From Candidatus Tectimicrobiota bacterium (GTDB lineage Bacteria > JACPUC01): DNA of 37,629 bases. A program made the position numbers and the translations under genes. Within the stretch, counting starts at the first letter, position 1; each line of letters begins with the position of its first letter. Location of the stretch: NCBI GenBank assembly GCA_016192455.1, contig JACPUC010000021.1, positions 62,001 to 99,629 on the forward strand, given 5' to 3'. Of the stretch, positions 8,560-18,401 are shown piece by piece. The notes under the pieces are model-generated. The model ran no database searches. It saw only the letters and a program-made list of their open reading frames with translations, and was not told the DNA's origin.

Positions 8560-9345
8560 TTACTTGAGGATAAGTGAGGAGAAGTGGCCGAAGAGGAGGC
8601 CGGCGCTGCCGGCAAGGATGCCGATGATCATGATCTCCAGACCATTGCGCACCCAGTTGAGCTTCGTCACCTTGCTGCGGCCGGCTCCAATGAAGAAGAG
8701 CGCCACGAGGGAGACAATCCCGGCAACCTTTGCGGCAAGGGGCGCGCGATGGGTAAAGGCGAACGGCAAGAGCGGCGGCAACGCCCCGATGAGGAAGGAG
8801 ATCCCCATCGTCGCGCCGACCTTCAAGGGGTTATCGAATGTCTCCGGCACGATCCCCAGCTCTTCCTTGGCCATGAACTCGAGCCAGTGCTGCTTGTCCG
8901 AGGTGACGCGCTTCACGAGAATGTCGGCCTCGCTCTTCGTAAAGCCCTTCTCGGCGAAGATCTCCTGCATCTCCGCGATCTCTTTTTCCGGCACCTCCTC
9001 GATTTCCCGCGCCTCGCGCCGCAGCTCGCGGTCGAAGTACTCGCTCTGCGACTTCGTGGAGATGTAGGCCCCGAAGAACATGGAGATCGCCCCGGCGAAC
9101 ATCGCCATGATGCCCGCCAAGAGCACCAGATTGCTCTCCTTGATGGACGCAGCCAGCCCCATGACAAAGCCGATGGTCGTGATGAGGCCGTCGTTCATGC
9201 CGAAGACCACCTCGCGGATGGCCCGGCCTTTGGGGGTATGCCACTCCTCGCCGTGAAAGCGCTTGGAGAAGTGTCCGACGCGCGCCCGATACTCCTTCAA
9301 GATATCTTCCGGCATTGCCGGAGTGGAACTTGCATCGCTCTCCAT
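8560..9345 (-). CDS. VIT1/CCC1 family Fe/Mn transporter
   Basis: IREVVFGMNDGLIT, AGAISMFFGAYIS, Glu-rich ELRREAREIEEVPEKEIAE, and KEELG. Confidence 0.93.
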   Translation of the reverse strand: MESDASSTPAMPEDILKEYRARVGHFSKRFHGEEWHTPKGRAIREVVFGMNDGLITTIGFVMGLAASIKESNLVLLAGIMAMFAGAISMFFGAYISTKSQSEYFDRELRREAREIEEVPEKEIAEMQEIFAEKGFTKSEADILVKRVTSDKQHWLEFMAKEELGIVPETFDNPLKVGATMGISFLIGALPPLLPFAFTHRAPLAAKVAGIVSLVALFFIGAGRSKVTKLNWVRNGLEIMIIGILAGSAGLLFGHFSSLILK

Positions 9346-9489
9346 CGTTTCGTTTCAATCCACGCCTCCGCGCGGGAGGCGACCGCGTGCCGGCTTCCAC
9401 CAGGAAAGCGAGAGTGCAGCCCCGCACTACCCTACGGCTGATCCGCCGGCCGCCTTCCGGCTCGCCGGCCGACGGCTGCGGCAAGCAGC

Positions 9490-10320
9490 CTACGCGAGGC
9501 TCGCCAGGCTGGCGCTCTCGAGGTCCGGCTCCCGGCCGTTGAGGAGGGGGATGAGCAGACGCCGGATGTTGGTGGCGCGGCCCGTGCTCAACTCCACCGT
9601 CACGACCACGCCCGCCAGGACCGCGTCTTTCTTCGCCGCTTCGAAGCGCTTCGGCATCTGCGAGAGGAACTTCTCGATGACGATCTCTTTCTGAATGCCG
9701 ATGACCGAGTCGTAGGGTCCCGTCATGCCGACATCCGTGATGTAGGCGGTGCCCCGGGGGAGGATGCGCTCATCCGCGGTCTGCACGTGGGTGTGGCTCC
9801 CCACCACGGCGCTGACGCGGCCATCCAGGTACCAGCCCATGGCGATCTTCTCGGAGGTCGCCTCGGCGTGCATGTCGACGAAGATGACCTCGCATTGCGG
9901 CCGCAAGCGCTCGATCTCTTCATCCGCTTTGCGGAACGGACAATCGACGGTCGACATGAACACCCGCCCCATCAGGTTCAGCACGCCGATACGCGTTCCA
10001 TCAGGGGCCACCACGACGTGGCTGCCCCTCCCAGGCACGTCCTCGGGATAGTTCGCCGGGCGCAGGAGGCGCGTCTCATGGCTGATGCACTCGAAGACCT
10101 CCTTCTTGTCCCAGACGTGGTTCCCGGAAGTGAGGACATTGATGCCGCTCTTCAGCAGCTCGTCGATGATCGCCGGCGTTACGCCTGCGCCGCCCGCGGC
10201 GTTCTCACAGTTGGCAATGCAGACATCCGCGCCGTAGTGCTGCACAATCTCGCCGAGGAGACGCTGCACCACCATGCGCCCGGGCTTGCCAAAAATGTCG
10301 CCGATGTAGACGAGTTTCAC
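9490..10320 (-). CDS. ymdB: YmdB-family metallophosphoesterase (TIGR00282)
   Basis: GDIFGKPGR, NCENAAGG, SGNHVWD, DMHAEATSEK, GSHTHVQTAD and TDVGMTGP; lies downstream of rny. Confidence 0.95.
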   Translation of the reverse strand: MKLVYIGDIFGKPGRMVVQRLLGEIVQHYGADVCIANCENAAGGAGVTPAIIDELLKSGINVLTSGNHVWDKKEVFECISHETRLLRPANYPEDVPGRGSHVVVAPDGTRIGVLNLMGRVFMSTVDCPFRKADEEIERLRPQCEVIFVDMHAEATSEKIAMGWYLDGRVSAVVGSHTHVQTADERILPRGTAYITDVGMTGPYDSVIGIQKEIVIEKFLSQMPKRFEAAKKDAVLAGVVVTVELSTGRATNIRRLLIPLLNGREPDLESASLASLA

Positions 10321-10656
10321 GCCCGTTCCCTTGCCCCTTGCAGGTGCAGCGGTCTCCCTCGCTCAGCGCCGATGAGCGCATTCCGAACGCTCCCGGCGCG
10401 GCTCGTCCGTCGCCGCCGCACGTTTGTCCGCCGCTCCGAGGTTTCGGTTCAGCCTTGCGGCTTGCACGCCGATCGGACGACGCCGCGGGGAACGATCACC
10501 TCTCCCGCTGCGTGCTCGGTGCTGGCGCTCAGCCCGCCCCAAGGGGGAGCGAACCCCGACAGGCGCGGGGAGGGCTTCACTCCCTGGCCCCGCCGCCCCG
10601 CCCAGCGGCGCCCGCGCGACGCCGGGACGGCAGCGTGCCGAGGCGCTGGCCTGGGT

Positions 10657-12219
10657 CTAGCGCGCATACTCCACCGAACGCATCTCGCGAATTACCGTCA
10701 CCTTGATCTCGCCCGGGTAGGCTACTTCCTCCTCAATCCGTTTGGCGATGTCCCGAGCCAGCAACTGCGCCTCCGCGTCGCTGATCTCGCTCGGTTCCAC
10801 GATGACGCGAATCTCGCGCCCGGCTTGGATCGCGTAGGCCTTCTGGACTCCGGCAAAGGAGTCGCAGATGTTCTCGAGCTGCTCGAGGCGCTTGATGTAG
10901 TTCTCCAGCATCTCGCGGCGGGCGCCGGGACGGGCCGCCGAGATGGCATCGGCCGCCTGCACGATGATGGCTTCCAGCGATTGCGCCTCGGCATCCTCGT
11001 GGTGGGCCTCAATGGCGTTGAGGACCTGCTTCGATTCGTTGCCGCGCTTCAGAATCTCGACGCTGATCTGCGTGTGGGTCCCATCGTGCTGGTGGGTGAC
11101 CGCCTTGCCGATGTCGTGCAGCAGCCCGGCGCGCTTCGCCACCTTCACATCACATCCCAGCTCCGCCGCGATCACCCCGGCGATGTAGGCCACCTCCTTG
11201 GAGTGCTGCAGCATGTTCTGGGAGTAGCTGGTGCGATACCTCAGGCGGCCCAGCAGGCGCAGGACCTCCTGGTGCAGGTTATCGACGCCGGCTTCGAAGG
11301 CCGCTTTCTCCCCCTCCTCGCGCAGGGAGGTCGACATCTCCTTGGTGACGCGCGCCACCATCTCTTCGATGCGCGCCGGATGGATGCGCCCGTCCGCGAT
11401 GAGCCGTTCGAGCGCCAAGCGGGCGATCTCCCGCTTCACTGGATCGAAGCCGCTCAAGATCACCGCTTCCGGGGTGTCATCGACGATGAGGTCGATGCCG
11501 GTGGCCATTTGCAGGGCGCGGATGTTCCGCCCCTCGCGGCCGATGATGCGGCCCTTCATCTCCTCGTTCGGCAGACCCACCACGGAGACGGTGGTCTCGG
11601 CGACATATTCGGAGGCGCAGCTTTGGATCGCATAGCCGAGAATTTCCCGCGCTTTGCGATCCGCGGTCTCGCGCGTCTGGCGCTCCAGCCGCCGCAGCTT
11701 CTCGGCGCACTCCAGGCGAGCCTCGCGCAGCATCTCGTCCATGAGGGACTGACGCGCCTCGCTGGCGGTCATGCCGGCGATGAGCTCCAGCTTCACCTTG
11801 GCCTCGTGAAGCTGCTGGTCCACCCGCGTGCGATCGCCGGCCAAGCTCTCCTCCAGCCCCTGAAGCTGCCGCTGCTGCTTGGCGAGGGTCTTCTCCTGGC
11901 CCTCGCAGAGGGTGACCCGCTGGTTCAGGGTCTGCTCGCGTTCGTCGAGGCGTTGCGACATGCGCTTCAGCTCGAGCTGCCGCTCGCGCGTCTCCTCCTC
12001 GAAGGCCAGGCGCGTCTGCAGGAGCTTCTCCTTGGCCTCCAGCTCAGCATCGTGCCGTCGTCTCTTCACCTCTTCGTCGGTCTGTTGCCGCAGCCGCTCC
12101 GCCTCTCGGTCCAGCTCGGCGCGTCGCTTGCGGATGAGGGAGCGCCCCACACCCAGGCCAATGACGAGGCCGATGCCAAGGGCTACCACCGCCAACAGGA
12201 TCATGAATGTGAGTTGCAT
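10657..12219 (-). CDS. rny: Ribonuclease Y
   Basis: N-terminal TM helix, coiled coil, KH domain ([14 protein letters not shown]), HD domain (LLHDIGKA), [14 protein letters not shown] 12219 follows GGGAGG. Confidence 0.97.
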   Translation of the reverse strand: MQLTFMILLAVVALGIGLVIGLGVGRSLIRKRRAELDREAERLRQQTDEEVKRRRHDAELEAKEKLLQTRLAFEEETRERQLELKRMSQRLDEREQTLNQRVTLCEGQEKTLAKQQRQLQGLEESLAGDRTRVDQQLHEAKVKLELIAGMTASEARQSLMDEMLREARLECAEKLRRLERQTRETADRKAREILGYAIQSCASEYVAETTVSVVGLPNEEMKGRIIGREGRNIRALQMATGIDLIVDDTPEAVILSGFDPVKREIARLALERLIADGRIHPARIEEMVARVTKEMSTSLREEGEKAAFEAGVDNLHQEVLRLLGRLRYRTSYSQNMLQHSKEVAYIAGVIAAELGCDVKVAKRAGLLHDIGKAVTHQHDGTHTQISVEILKRGNESKQVLNAIEAHHEDAEAQSLEAIIVQAADAISAARPGARREMLENYIKRLEQLENICDSFAGVQKAYAIQAGREIRVIVEPSEISDAEAQLLARDIAKRIEEEVAYPGEIKVTVIREMRSVEYAR

Positions 12220-12720
12220 AGGAGTGAACACCTCCCGGCGTCATCCACCGGCATTTACGCGGCGCAGGGTTCCAAGGCCATGGCGCGCCGGCGCGGCCTG
12301 AAGAGAAAGGGCGCCATGGGGGATGCTGCCGCCGCGCCGCCGCCGGCGCTCTGCCTCCCAAGAATGCTCCGAGAACGACGAAGATGTGGAGGGAGTGAGC
12401 GTCGTCCAGCGGTTCTCACCTGGGCAAACATCTAGCCCCCTTCGTGCATCGTGTGTCAGAAGACGAGCGAGCAAGGAGACGAAAGCATCAACCGGAGAGA
12501 GCCTGGCGGGAATGGCGAGGCACACCTGACGGTCCCGAGTACGTGGGCCGTGCGAGGCGGCAAGGAGAGGCGCTCACTGAATCAGAGGCGGTCAGGGCAA
12601 CGCGGGCCACGGGGGTGTGGGATGGTCAGGTGGCGCCGGCGCAGAGTTCCAGGATCGCTGCCAGAGATGGACTTCCACGCACCAGCATGCCCCACGCTCA
12701 GCACGAATCCCTGACCTGTA

Positions 12721-12895
12721 AAGGAACGACGAGTACCCTACATCCTCAACCACGCATCACCTTTTTTGATGTTGAACTCATGTTGAGGCAACCACCCACA
12801 CGTGAGCTTCGGTCCCCACCACGTGGGGGTCCCGCCGAGCCCGCGCCCCCTCTGAACAGGAGCCAATTTCTCCCTACTCTCACTCGTCCCTCGTT
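12721..12895 (-). ncRNA. 6S RNA-like rod (candidate ssrS), embedded in a larger structured region
   Basis: Lies downstream of zapA, the usual ssrS position. About 175-nt rod closed by GACGAGT 12728-12734 / ACTCGTC 12882-12888, with a central bubble. Minus-strand stems TTGGCTC/GAGTTCAA, TGTT/AACA and GAGG/CCTC lead to an apical CCCCAC/GTGGGG hairpin. G-U pairs favour the minus strand. Boundaries approximate. Confidence 0.5.
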
Positions 12896-13078
12896 CAATC
12901 GGGAAGATGTTGCCGCCCGCACCTGTCACGGGGCGCACCCGCCTTGCAAGATCGGCGATAGTCCTTGGGTGCAACGCCCCGCGAGGCCAAACGACGCCTC
13001 CGCTCTCCTGCCCGGTTTTCTCCTTTCTGCCTTGTACCATGCGTGGGACCGAGGAATCCTCCCCGTCGCGTGTCCACG

Positions 13079-13408
13079 TCATGGCTCAAGAGTATTGTAC
13101 TCTTCAGCAAGCTCCTTGTCCAATAGCGACAACATCGAGGAGGCCTTCTTGGCGATCAGGGCGGTGTTCGTCTCATGCTGCTGGCGCAGCTCGAAGAGCT
13201 CGCTGGCAATGTAGAGCGCCGCCAGGATGCCGATTTTCGCCGGCGAACTATCCGGCGGGGCCTTGGCTGCCACGTCGCGCATCTTTTGATCAACGTACGC
13301 CGCAATTTGACGGGTCAGCTCCTCGCTGGCTTCCCCGCGGATGGTGTAGCTGCGCCCAAAGATCTCAACCTGTGTCTGAACGCTCACCGTTGGCTGAGCC
13401 GCCTCCAT
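13079..13408 (-). CDS. zapA: Cell division protein ZapA
   Basis: VEIFGRSYTIRG...IAAYVDQKMRDV...ILAALYIASELFEL; context downstream of pheT. Confidence 0.93.
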   Translation of the reverse strand: MEAAQPTVSVQTQVEIFGRSYTIRGEASEELTRQIAAYVDQKMRDVAAKAPPDSSPAKIGILAALYIASELFELRQQHETNTALIAKKASSMLSLLDKELAEEYNTLEP

Positions 13409-13471
13409 GGGAGCCCTGCCGGCGTCTGGCCGCGGCCTCCCGCCTGCACGCGCCCCGCTGCCTGCGCCGCG

Positions 13472-13747
13472 TTACAGATCGAGCTCCTCCAGCTTCTCCA
13501 GGAGGGACTCGATCCTGCTGCTGACGATATCACGCTCTTCAAGGAGCCTCTTGTTCTCGTGCAGGAGCGTGTCGTACTCGCCGCGCTCGTTGTGCAGCTC
13601 GAGCGCCAGGGCATCCTGTTCTTGAACGCGGCGCTCCAGCTCTTCCACGCGCCGTTGCAGTTGAGCATTCTGGGTGCGGTAGTCCGTGAGGCGTTCCAGC
13701 AGTTCGACAAGGCGACGTTCCACCGCCTCGAGCTTCTCGACCGACAT
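13472..13747 (-). CDS. zapB: ZapB-like coiled-coil cell division protein
   Basis: All-helical heptad protein ending ERDIVSSRIESLLEKLEELDL; RBS AAGGAG before ATG 13747; directly upstream of zapA. Confidence 0.75.
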   Translation of the reverse strand: MSVEKLEAVERRLVELLERLTDYRTQNAQLQRRVEELERRVQEQDALALELHNERGEYDTLLHENKRLLEERDIVSSRIESLLEKLEELDL

Positions 13748-13799
13748 GCACGAATCTCCTTGAAGAATCCTCATCCAAGTTACGTGCAGCCAGCAAAAA

Positions 13800-13829
13800 A
13801 TGATGCCAGATAAAGAGAGGCAAAGTCAA
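13800..13829 (-). promoter_or_regulatory. Possible promoter for zapB-zapA
   Basis: Minus strand TTGACT, 18-nt spacer ending TGG, then CATCAT, within an AT-rich patch. Confidence 0.4.
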
Positions 13830-14131
13830 CCGATTTCATTTCCCCTGGAGGTTGCGCCAGGTTGAGGTATGGAGAGGGGGGCTGCCCGCGGGTCGCCGGG
13901 GCCGCCTCGCCCGCGGCGTGGGGAGGCGACGGCGAGACTGGTCGGCGAATCTTCACCAAGGAGGGCGGCAAGGCGCGGCGGCCGGAGACTGGGTCGGAAG
14001 CTGTGCCGGGATTCTCTGCCGGGGGCCGGCTGGAATGAGGAGGGGGGAACGCGGCGCGCCGACCCGGCTCCGCCCGGACGGCTCTCGCCACGCCGTCGCT
14101 GAGGCGGCCGAGCCCGGCGGGGCGGCGGGGG

Positions 14132-16543
14132 CTAGCGGTCGCGCAGGATTGCCTGGTGCTCGGCAGCCAGAGCCCGCACGATGGCCGCGCACTGTTCGTT
14201 GATCATCTCGTCCGTGAGCGTCCGATCCTCGGCCTGGAAGGTGAGGGAGAAGGCCAGACTCTTCTTGCCGGCTGGAATGGTCTCGCCCTTGAAGCAGTCG
14301 AACAAGGTGACCTCCCGCACCAGGAGGGGGGCGGCGCGACGAATCGAGGCTTCCACCTCGGCCGCCGGCGCCTGCTCGTCCACGATCAGCGCCAGGTCGC
14401 GCGGGCTGGCGGGATAGCGCGGCAGCTCCGCGAAACGCGGCGCCAGCGAGGCTGCCGCAAAGAATGGCCGCAGGTGCATCTCGAAGACGTACGCCGCGCC
14501 GGGGATGCGGAAGGCGGCCAGCGTGTCGGGATGGATCTCCCCGAGAGAGCCGATGACCTCCTCGCGGCAGCGGATGGCGAGGGCGCGACCGGGGTGCAGG
14601 AAGGGCGCCTCCGTCGGCGCAAGGTCGAGGCAGGTCAGGCGGAACCCGCGCCCTACATGCTCGAGGATGCCTTTGATGTCGAAGAAGTCCGCCCCGATGT
14701 CCTCGCTGGCCCACGAGAGTGGATGGCGAGGTCCGCTCAGGAGCACCGCCAGGTGGCGCAGCTCGACCGGCAGCGCCCCGGCCTGCTCTGCCGGCAGGAA
14801 GACGGCGCCGTACTCGAAGAGCCTCACCTCGCTCTGCTGGCGGGTGAGGTTGTAGCGCAGGCAGTTCAGCAGACCCGGCAGCAGCATGGTCCTCATGATG
14901 GAGAACTCGGCGCTGAGGGGGTTGCTGAGCGGCATCGGCCGGGCCTGGGGGTCGCTGCGCGTGAGCCGCAGATGGTCGAGCCACTCGGCGTTGATGAAGG
15001 AGTAGGTGATTGCCTCGCACAGTCCGCAGGCGAGGAGCAGCTCGCGCAGGCGGCGCTCCTGGGGGCGCGTGGAGGGGCCGCTCTCAGCGGTGAGGGGGCT
15101 CAACGGCAGCGTCGTCGGGATGTTCTCATAGCCGTGCAGACGCGCCACTTCTTCGATGAGGTCGATCTCGCGGCTGAGGTCCGGCCGGAAGAGCGGCAGG
15201 CTCACCTCGAACTCATCGGGGGCCGTGTCGCGCACGGGCAACTGCAGCCGCTCCAAGGCGCCGCGCGCCTCCGGTCCCGCAAGCGCCGTGCCGAGGACGT
15301 GATTGAGGCGGGCGAGGCGCAGCCGCACCTTGGGTTTCGTCAGCGGCGTGGGGTAGGCGTCGACCATTCCCTGGGCGACGCGACCGGCCGCAATCCGCGC
15401 CATGAGGTCGGCGGCCCGGTCGCATGCGATCGGCGTGCCGTCGGGGTCCACGCCGCGCTCGAAACGATGCGAGGCTTCGGTGTGCATGCCGAGACGTTTC
15501 GCGGTGCGACGGATGCTGGTCGGCTCGAAGTAGGCGCTCTCGAGGAGGACGTTCCGCGTGCCCGCGTGCACTTCCGAGTTCAAGCCGCCCATCACCCCGG
15601 CCAGGGCGATACTGCGTCGGCCGTCGGCGATCATCAGCATGTCCGGCTGCAGCTCCCGCTCCACGCCGTCGAGGGTGATGAAGCGCTCTCCCGCGGCGGC
15701 GCACCGCACGACGATGCGCTGCTCCTCGAGGAGATCGAAGTCGAAGGCGTGCAGGGGCTGGCCGCGCTCGAGGAGGACGTAGTTCGTGGCATCGACGATC
15801 GCGTTGATGGGCCGCAGCCCAGCCTTCAGGAGGCGCACCTGCAGCCACAGGGGGGAGGGGCCGATGACGACGCCCTCGATGAGCCGGCCGCAGTACCGCG
15901 GGCAGAGGTCGGGCCGGTCGAGGACGATCGCCACCCTGCCGGCGGTCGGCGGCCCTTCCTCGGCCACGTTCACCTGCGGCGGGGCGAAGGGCAGCTTGCA
16001 GAGCGCCGCGACCTCGCGCGCCACCCCGAGCATGCTGAAGCAATCGGCGCGGTTCGGCGTCAGGTCCAGCTCGAGGATGACATCGTCGTACTGCAGGAGC
16101 TCCGCGAGGGGCGCGCCGAGGGGGCTGCCTTCGGGGAGGACCAGGACGCCCTCGGCATCGTGCCCGAGCTCCAGCTCCGCGCTGGAGCAGAGCATCCCCT
16201 CCGAGAGGACGCCGCGGATCTCAGCGGCCTCGACGCGCTGCCCGTTCGGGAGCTGGGCGCCGACCTTTCCAAGGGCCACAGCCTGGCCGGGATGGAGGTT
16301 GGCGGCGGCGCAGACCACGCGCGACCTTCCCTGCCCCGTGTCCACGGTGCAGAGCCGCAGGCGCTCCGCCTTGGGATGGGGCGTGACGGCGACGAGCCGG
16401 GCGACGACGACACCCCGCAGGCGCCCGCGCCAGTCGTCGAGGTGACCAACCTCGACGCCTCCCATGGTGAGGGTCTCGGCCAGCTCCTCCGGCGGGCGAT
16501 CAAGCTTCACGAACTCTTGCAGCCAGGCAAAGCTGACGCGCAC
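14132..16543 (-). CDS. pheT: Phenylalanine--tRNA ligase beta subunit
   Basis: MRVSFAWLQEF, HPKAERLRLC, SEGMLCS, LTPNRADC, RFERGVD, DLIEEVARLHGY and C-terminal KSLAFSLTFQ. GTG start. Confidence 0.98.
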   Translation of the reverse strand: MRVSFAWLQEFVKLDRPPEELAETLTMGGVEVGHLDDWRGRLRGVVVARLVAVTPHPKAERLRLCTVDTGQGRSRVVCAAANLHPGQAVALGKVGAQLPNGQRVEAAEIRGVLSEGMLCSSAELELGHDAEGVLVLPEGSPLGAPLAELLQYDDVILELDLTPNRADCFSMLGVAREVAALCKLPFAPPQVNVAEEGPPTAGRVAIVLDRPDLCPRYCGRLIEGVVIGPSPLWLQVRLLKAGLRPINAIVDATNYVLLERGQPLHAFDFDLLEEQRIVVRCAAAGERFITLDGVERELQPDMLMIADGRRSIALAGVMGGLNSEVHAGTRNVLLESAYFEPTSIRRTAKRLGMHTEASHRFERGVDPDGTPIACDRAADLMARIAAGRVAQGMVDAYPTPLTKPKVRLRLARLNHVLGTALAGPEARGALERLQLPVRDTAPDEFEVSLPLFRPDLSREIDLIEEVARLHGYENIPTTLPLSPLTAESGPSTRPQERRLRELLLACGLCEAITYSFINAEWLDHLRLTRSDPQARPMPLSNPLSAEFSIMRTMLLPGLLNCLRYNLTRQQSEVRLFEYGAVFLPAEQAGALPVELRHLAVLLSGPRHPLSWASEDIGADFFDIKGILEHVGRGFRLTCLDLAPTEAPFLHPGRALAIRCREEVIGSLGEIHPDTLAAFRIPGAAYVFEMHLRPFFAAASLAPRFAELPRYPASPRDLALIVDEQAPAAEVEASIRRAAPLLVREVTLFDCFKGETIPAGKKSLAFSLTFQAEDRTLTDEMINEQCAAIVRALAAEHQAILRDR

Positions 16544-16572
16544 GGCGCGGGGTCCTCGCTGGGCGGCTGGGG

Positions 16573-17601
16573 TTAGAACTGGCGCAGGAAGCGCAGATCG
16601 TTCTCGAAGAAGAGGCGCAGGTCGTTGATGCCGAAGCGCAGCATGGCAATCCGCTCGATGCCCATGCCGAAGGCAAAGCCGGTGAATTCCTCACTGTCGT
16701 AGTTGACAAATTCGTAGACGGCGGGGTCTACCATGCCGGCGCCGAGGATCTCCAACCAGCCGCTGTGCGAACAGACGCGGCAGCCGCGGCCGCCGCACAT
16801 GACGCAGCCGATATCCACTTCGGCGCTTGGCTCGGTGTACGGGAAGAAGCTAGGGCGGAAACGCACCGGGGTGTCGGGACCGAACATGCGGTGCGCAAAC
16901 GCCTCGAGGGTGCCCTTCAGGTGGCTGAAGCGGATGCCGCGATCGACGAGCAGCCCTTCCACCTGGTGGAACATCGGCGTGTGGGTGAGATCGTGGTCGC
17001 GGCGATAGACGCGCCCGGGGGCGATGATGCGTACGGGGGGCTGGCGCTTCTCCATGACGCGCACCTGCACGGCGGAGGTGTGGGTGCGCAGCACGAAGCC
17101 GCCGGGCAGGTAGAAGGTGTCCTGCATGTCGCGCGCCGGATGATCGGCGGGCATGTTCAGCGCCTCGAAGTTGTAGTAGTCGAGTTCGACTTCCGGCCCC
17201 TCGACGATCTCGAACCCGAGGCCGATGAAGATGCTCTCGATCTCCTGCTGCACGATGGCGATGGGATGCTGGTGGCCCAGCCACGGGCGGCGGCCGGGGA
17301 GCGTGAGGTCGAGCTGCTGGCTCATCCTGGCGCTGAGGCGTTCGTCCTTCAGCCGCTGGCGCTGGGCGATCACCTGGCCTTCGAGGAAGAGTTTCACTTC
17401 GTTCGCCAGGCGGCCCACGAGCGGGAGCTCCTCGGCGGGGAGGTCGCGCAGGTGTTTGAGGAGGCCGGTCACCAGCCCGCGGGGGCCGAGGTACCGTCCC
17501 TTCACCTGTTGCAGGTCGGCCTCGCTCCGCGCGGCGGCAAACGCGGCGGCGGCCTCATCTCTCAGGAGTTCGAGCTTGTGGCGCACGACTGCTCTCGTCA
17601 C
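16573..17601 (-). CDS. pheS: Phenylalanine--tRNA ligase alpha subunit
   Basis: HPARDMQDTFY, LRTHTS, HTPMFHQVEG, FFPYTEPS and GFAFGMGIER. Confidence 0.98.
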   Translation of the reverse strand: MTRAVVRHKLELLRDEAAAAFAAARSEADLQQVKGRYLGPRGLVTGLLKHLRDLPAEELPLVGRLANEVKLFLEGQVIAQRQRLKDERLSARMSQQLDLTLPGRRPWLGHQHPIAIVQQEIESIFIGLGFEIVEGPEVELDYYNFEALNMPADHPARDMQDTFYLPGGFVLRTHTSAVQVRVMEKRQPPVRIIAPGRVYRRDHDLTHTPMFHQVEGLLVDRGIRFSHLKGTLEAFAHRMFGPDTPVRFRPSFFPYTEPSAEVDIGCVMCGGRGCRVCSHSGWLEILGAGMVDPAVYEFVNYDSEEFTGFAFGMGIERIAMLRFGINDLRLFFENDLRFLRQF

Positions 17602-17671
17602 ACAGGGGACACCGGCTACCTGGCGCAGCCGGTGCGGCGGGACAGGGGTACGGGATCGGGCTGGGATGGGA

Positions 17672-18037
17672 TCAGACGGCGACGGAGAGCTGCCTCTTGG
17701 CGAGCGCGGCGAGCTCGGCGAACGCCGCTTGATTATTCACTGCCATCTCGGCGAGCATCTTGCGGTCCACGTCGACCCGCGCCTTCCGCAGGCCGTTCAT
17801 GAAGGTGCTGTAGGAGAGACCGTGCTCGCGGGCTGCCGCATTGATGCGAATGATCCACAGACTGCGGAAATCGCGCTTCCGCGTGCGTCGATCGCGGTAG
17901 GCGTACTGCAGGCTGTGCATCACCGCCTCGTGCGCTCTGCGGAAGGTCTTGCCGCGCGGATAGCGAAAGCCCTTCGCTAACTGCAGGATCTTATCATGGC
18001 GGTGCTTCGAAGCTGGTCCACTTCGGGCGCGTGGCAT
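17672..18037 (-). CDS. rplT: 50S ribosomal protein L20
   Basis: [26 protein letters not shown] and [10 protein letters not shown]. Confidence 0.98.
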   Translation of the reverse strand: MPRARSGPASKHRHDKILQLAKGFRYPRGKTFRRAHEAVMHSLQYAYRDRRTRKRDFRSLWIIRINAAAREHGLSYSTFMNGLRKARVDVDRKMLAEMAVNNQAAFAELAALAKRQLSVAV

Positions 18038-18071
18038 GGCGTCAACTCTCCAGACTTAGGACGGTTCGGTG

Positions 18072-18269
18072 TTAGGCGTAGGGAACAAGCCGGCGGACCC
18101 TGGCAAGATCATGGGCGTGCACCAAGCCCGCCTTGCGCAGCTTGCGCTTCCGCTGGCGCGTTTTCTTGGTCAGGATATGGCTCCGGTGCGCCTTGCTGCG
18201 TTTCACCTGGCCACTGCTGGTACAGCGAAACCGCTTGGCCGCGGAACGATTCGTCTTAACTTTTGGCAC
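18072..18269 (-). CDS. rpmI: 50S ribosomal protein L35
   Basis: (M)PKVKTNRSAAKRF...HRSHILTKKTRQRKRKLR; 65 aa from GTG 18269. Confidence 0.96.
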   Translation of the reverse strand: MPKVKTNRSAAKRFRCTSSGQVKRSKAHRSHILTKKTRQRKRKLRKAGLVHAHDLARVRRLVPYA

Positions 18270-18401
18270 CTGCTTCATCCTTCCTGCGCGTACGGCGTCT
18301 CGCCGCACACAACACCCCTGGCGGCCGCGCGCCGCTGCCTCGCCGCTGGCGCTCGCCGGCGGCTGCCGCACGAGCAGGGAAGCCGCGCCCCACGCACGGC
18401 G

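Noticed and set aside
10321-10656. ORFs in the 336-bp rny-ymdB gap
   Set aside because: All are Pro/Arg/Ala-rich without RBS or motifs; treated as GC-rich intergenic DNA.
12660-12685. GGAAGTCC on the minus strand suggesting RNase P RNA
   Set aside because: The other conserved RNase P blocks (GGTAAACCCC, ACAGAACCCGGCTTA) were not found.
12738-13082. 114-aa minus-strand ORF overlapping the zapA stop as ATGA
   Set aside because: The overlap resembles translational coupling, but the protein has no recognisable motif, the codon usage is unlike neighbouring genes, and it runs through the candidate structured RNA. Not fully excluded.
12444-13214. 256-aa plus-strand ORF in the zapA-rny gap
   Set aside because: Arg/Pro/Ala-rich, no RBS or domain motif, and partly antisense to zapA.
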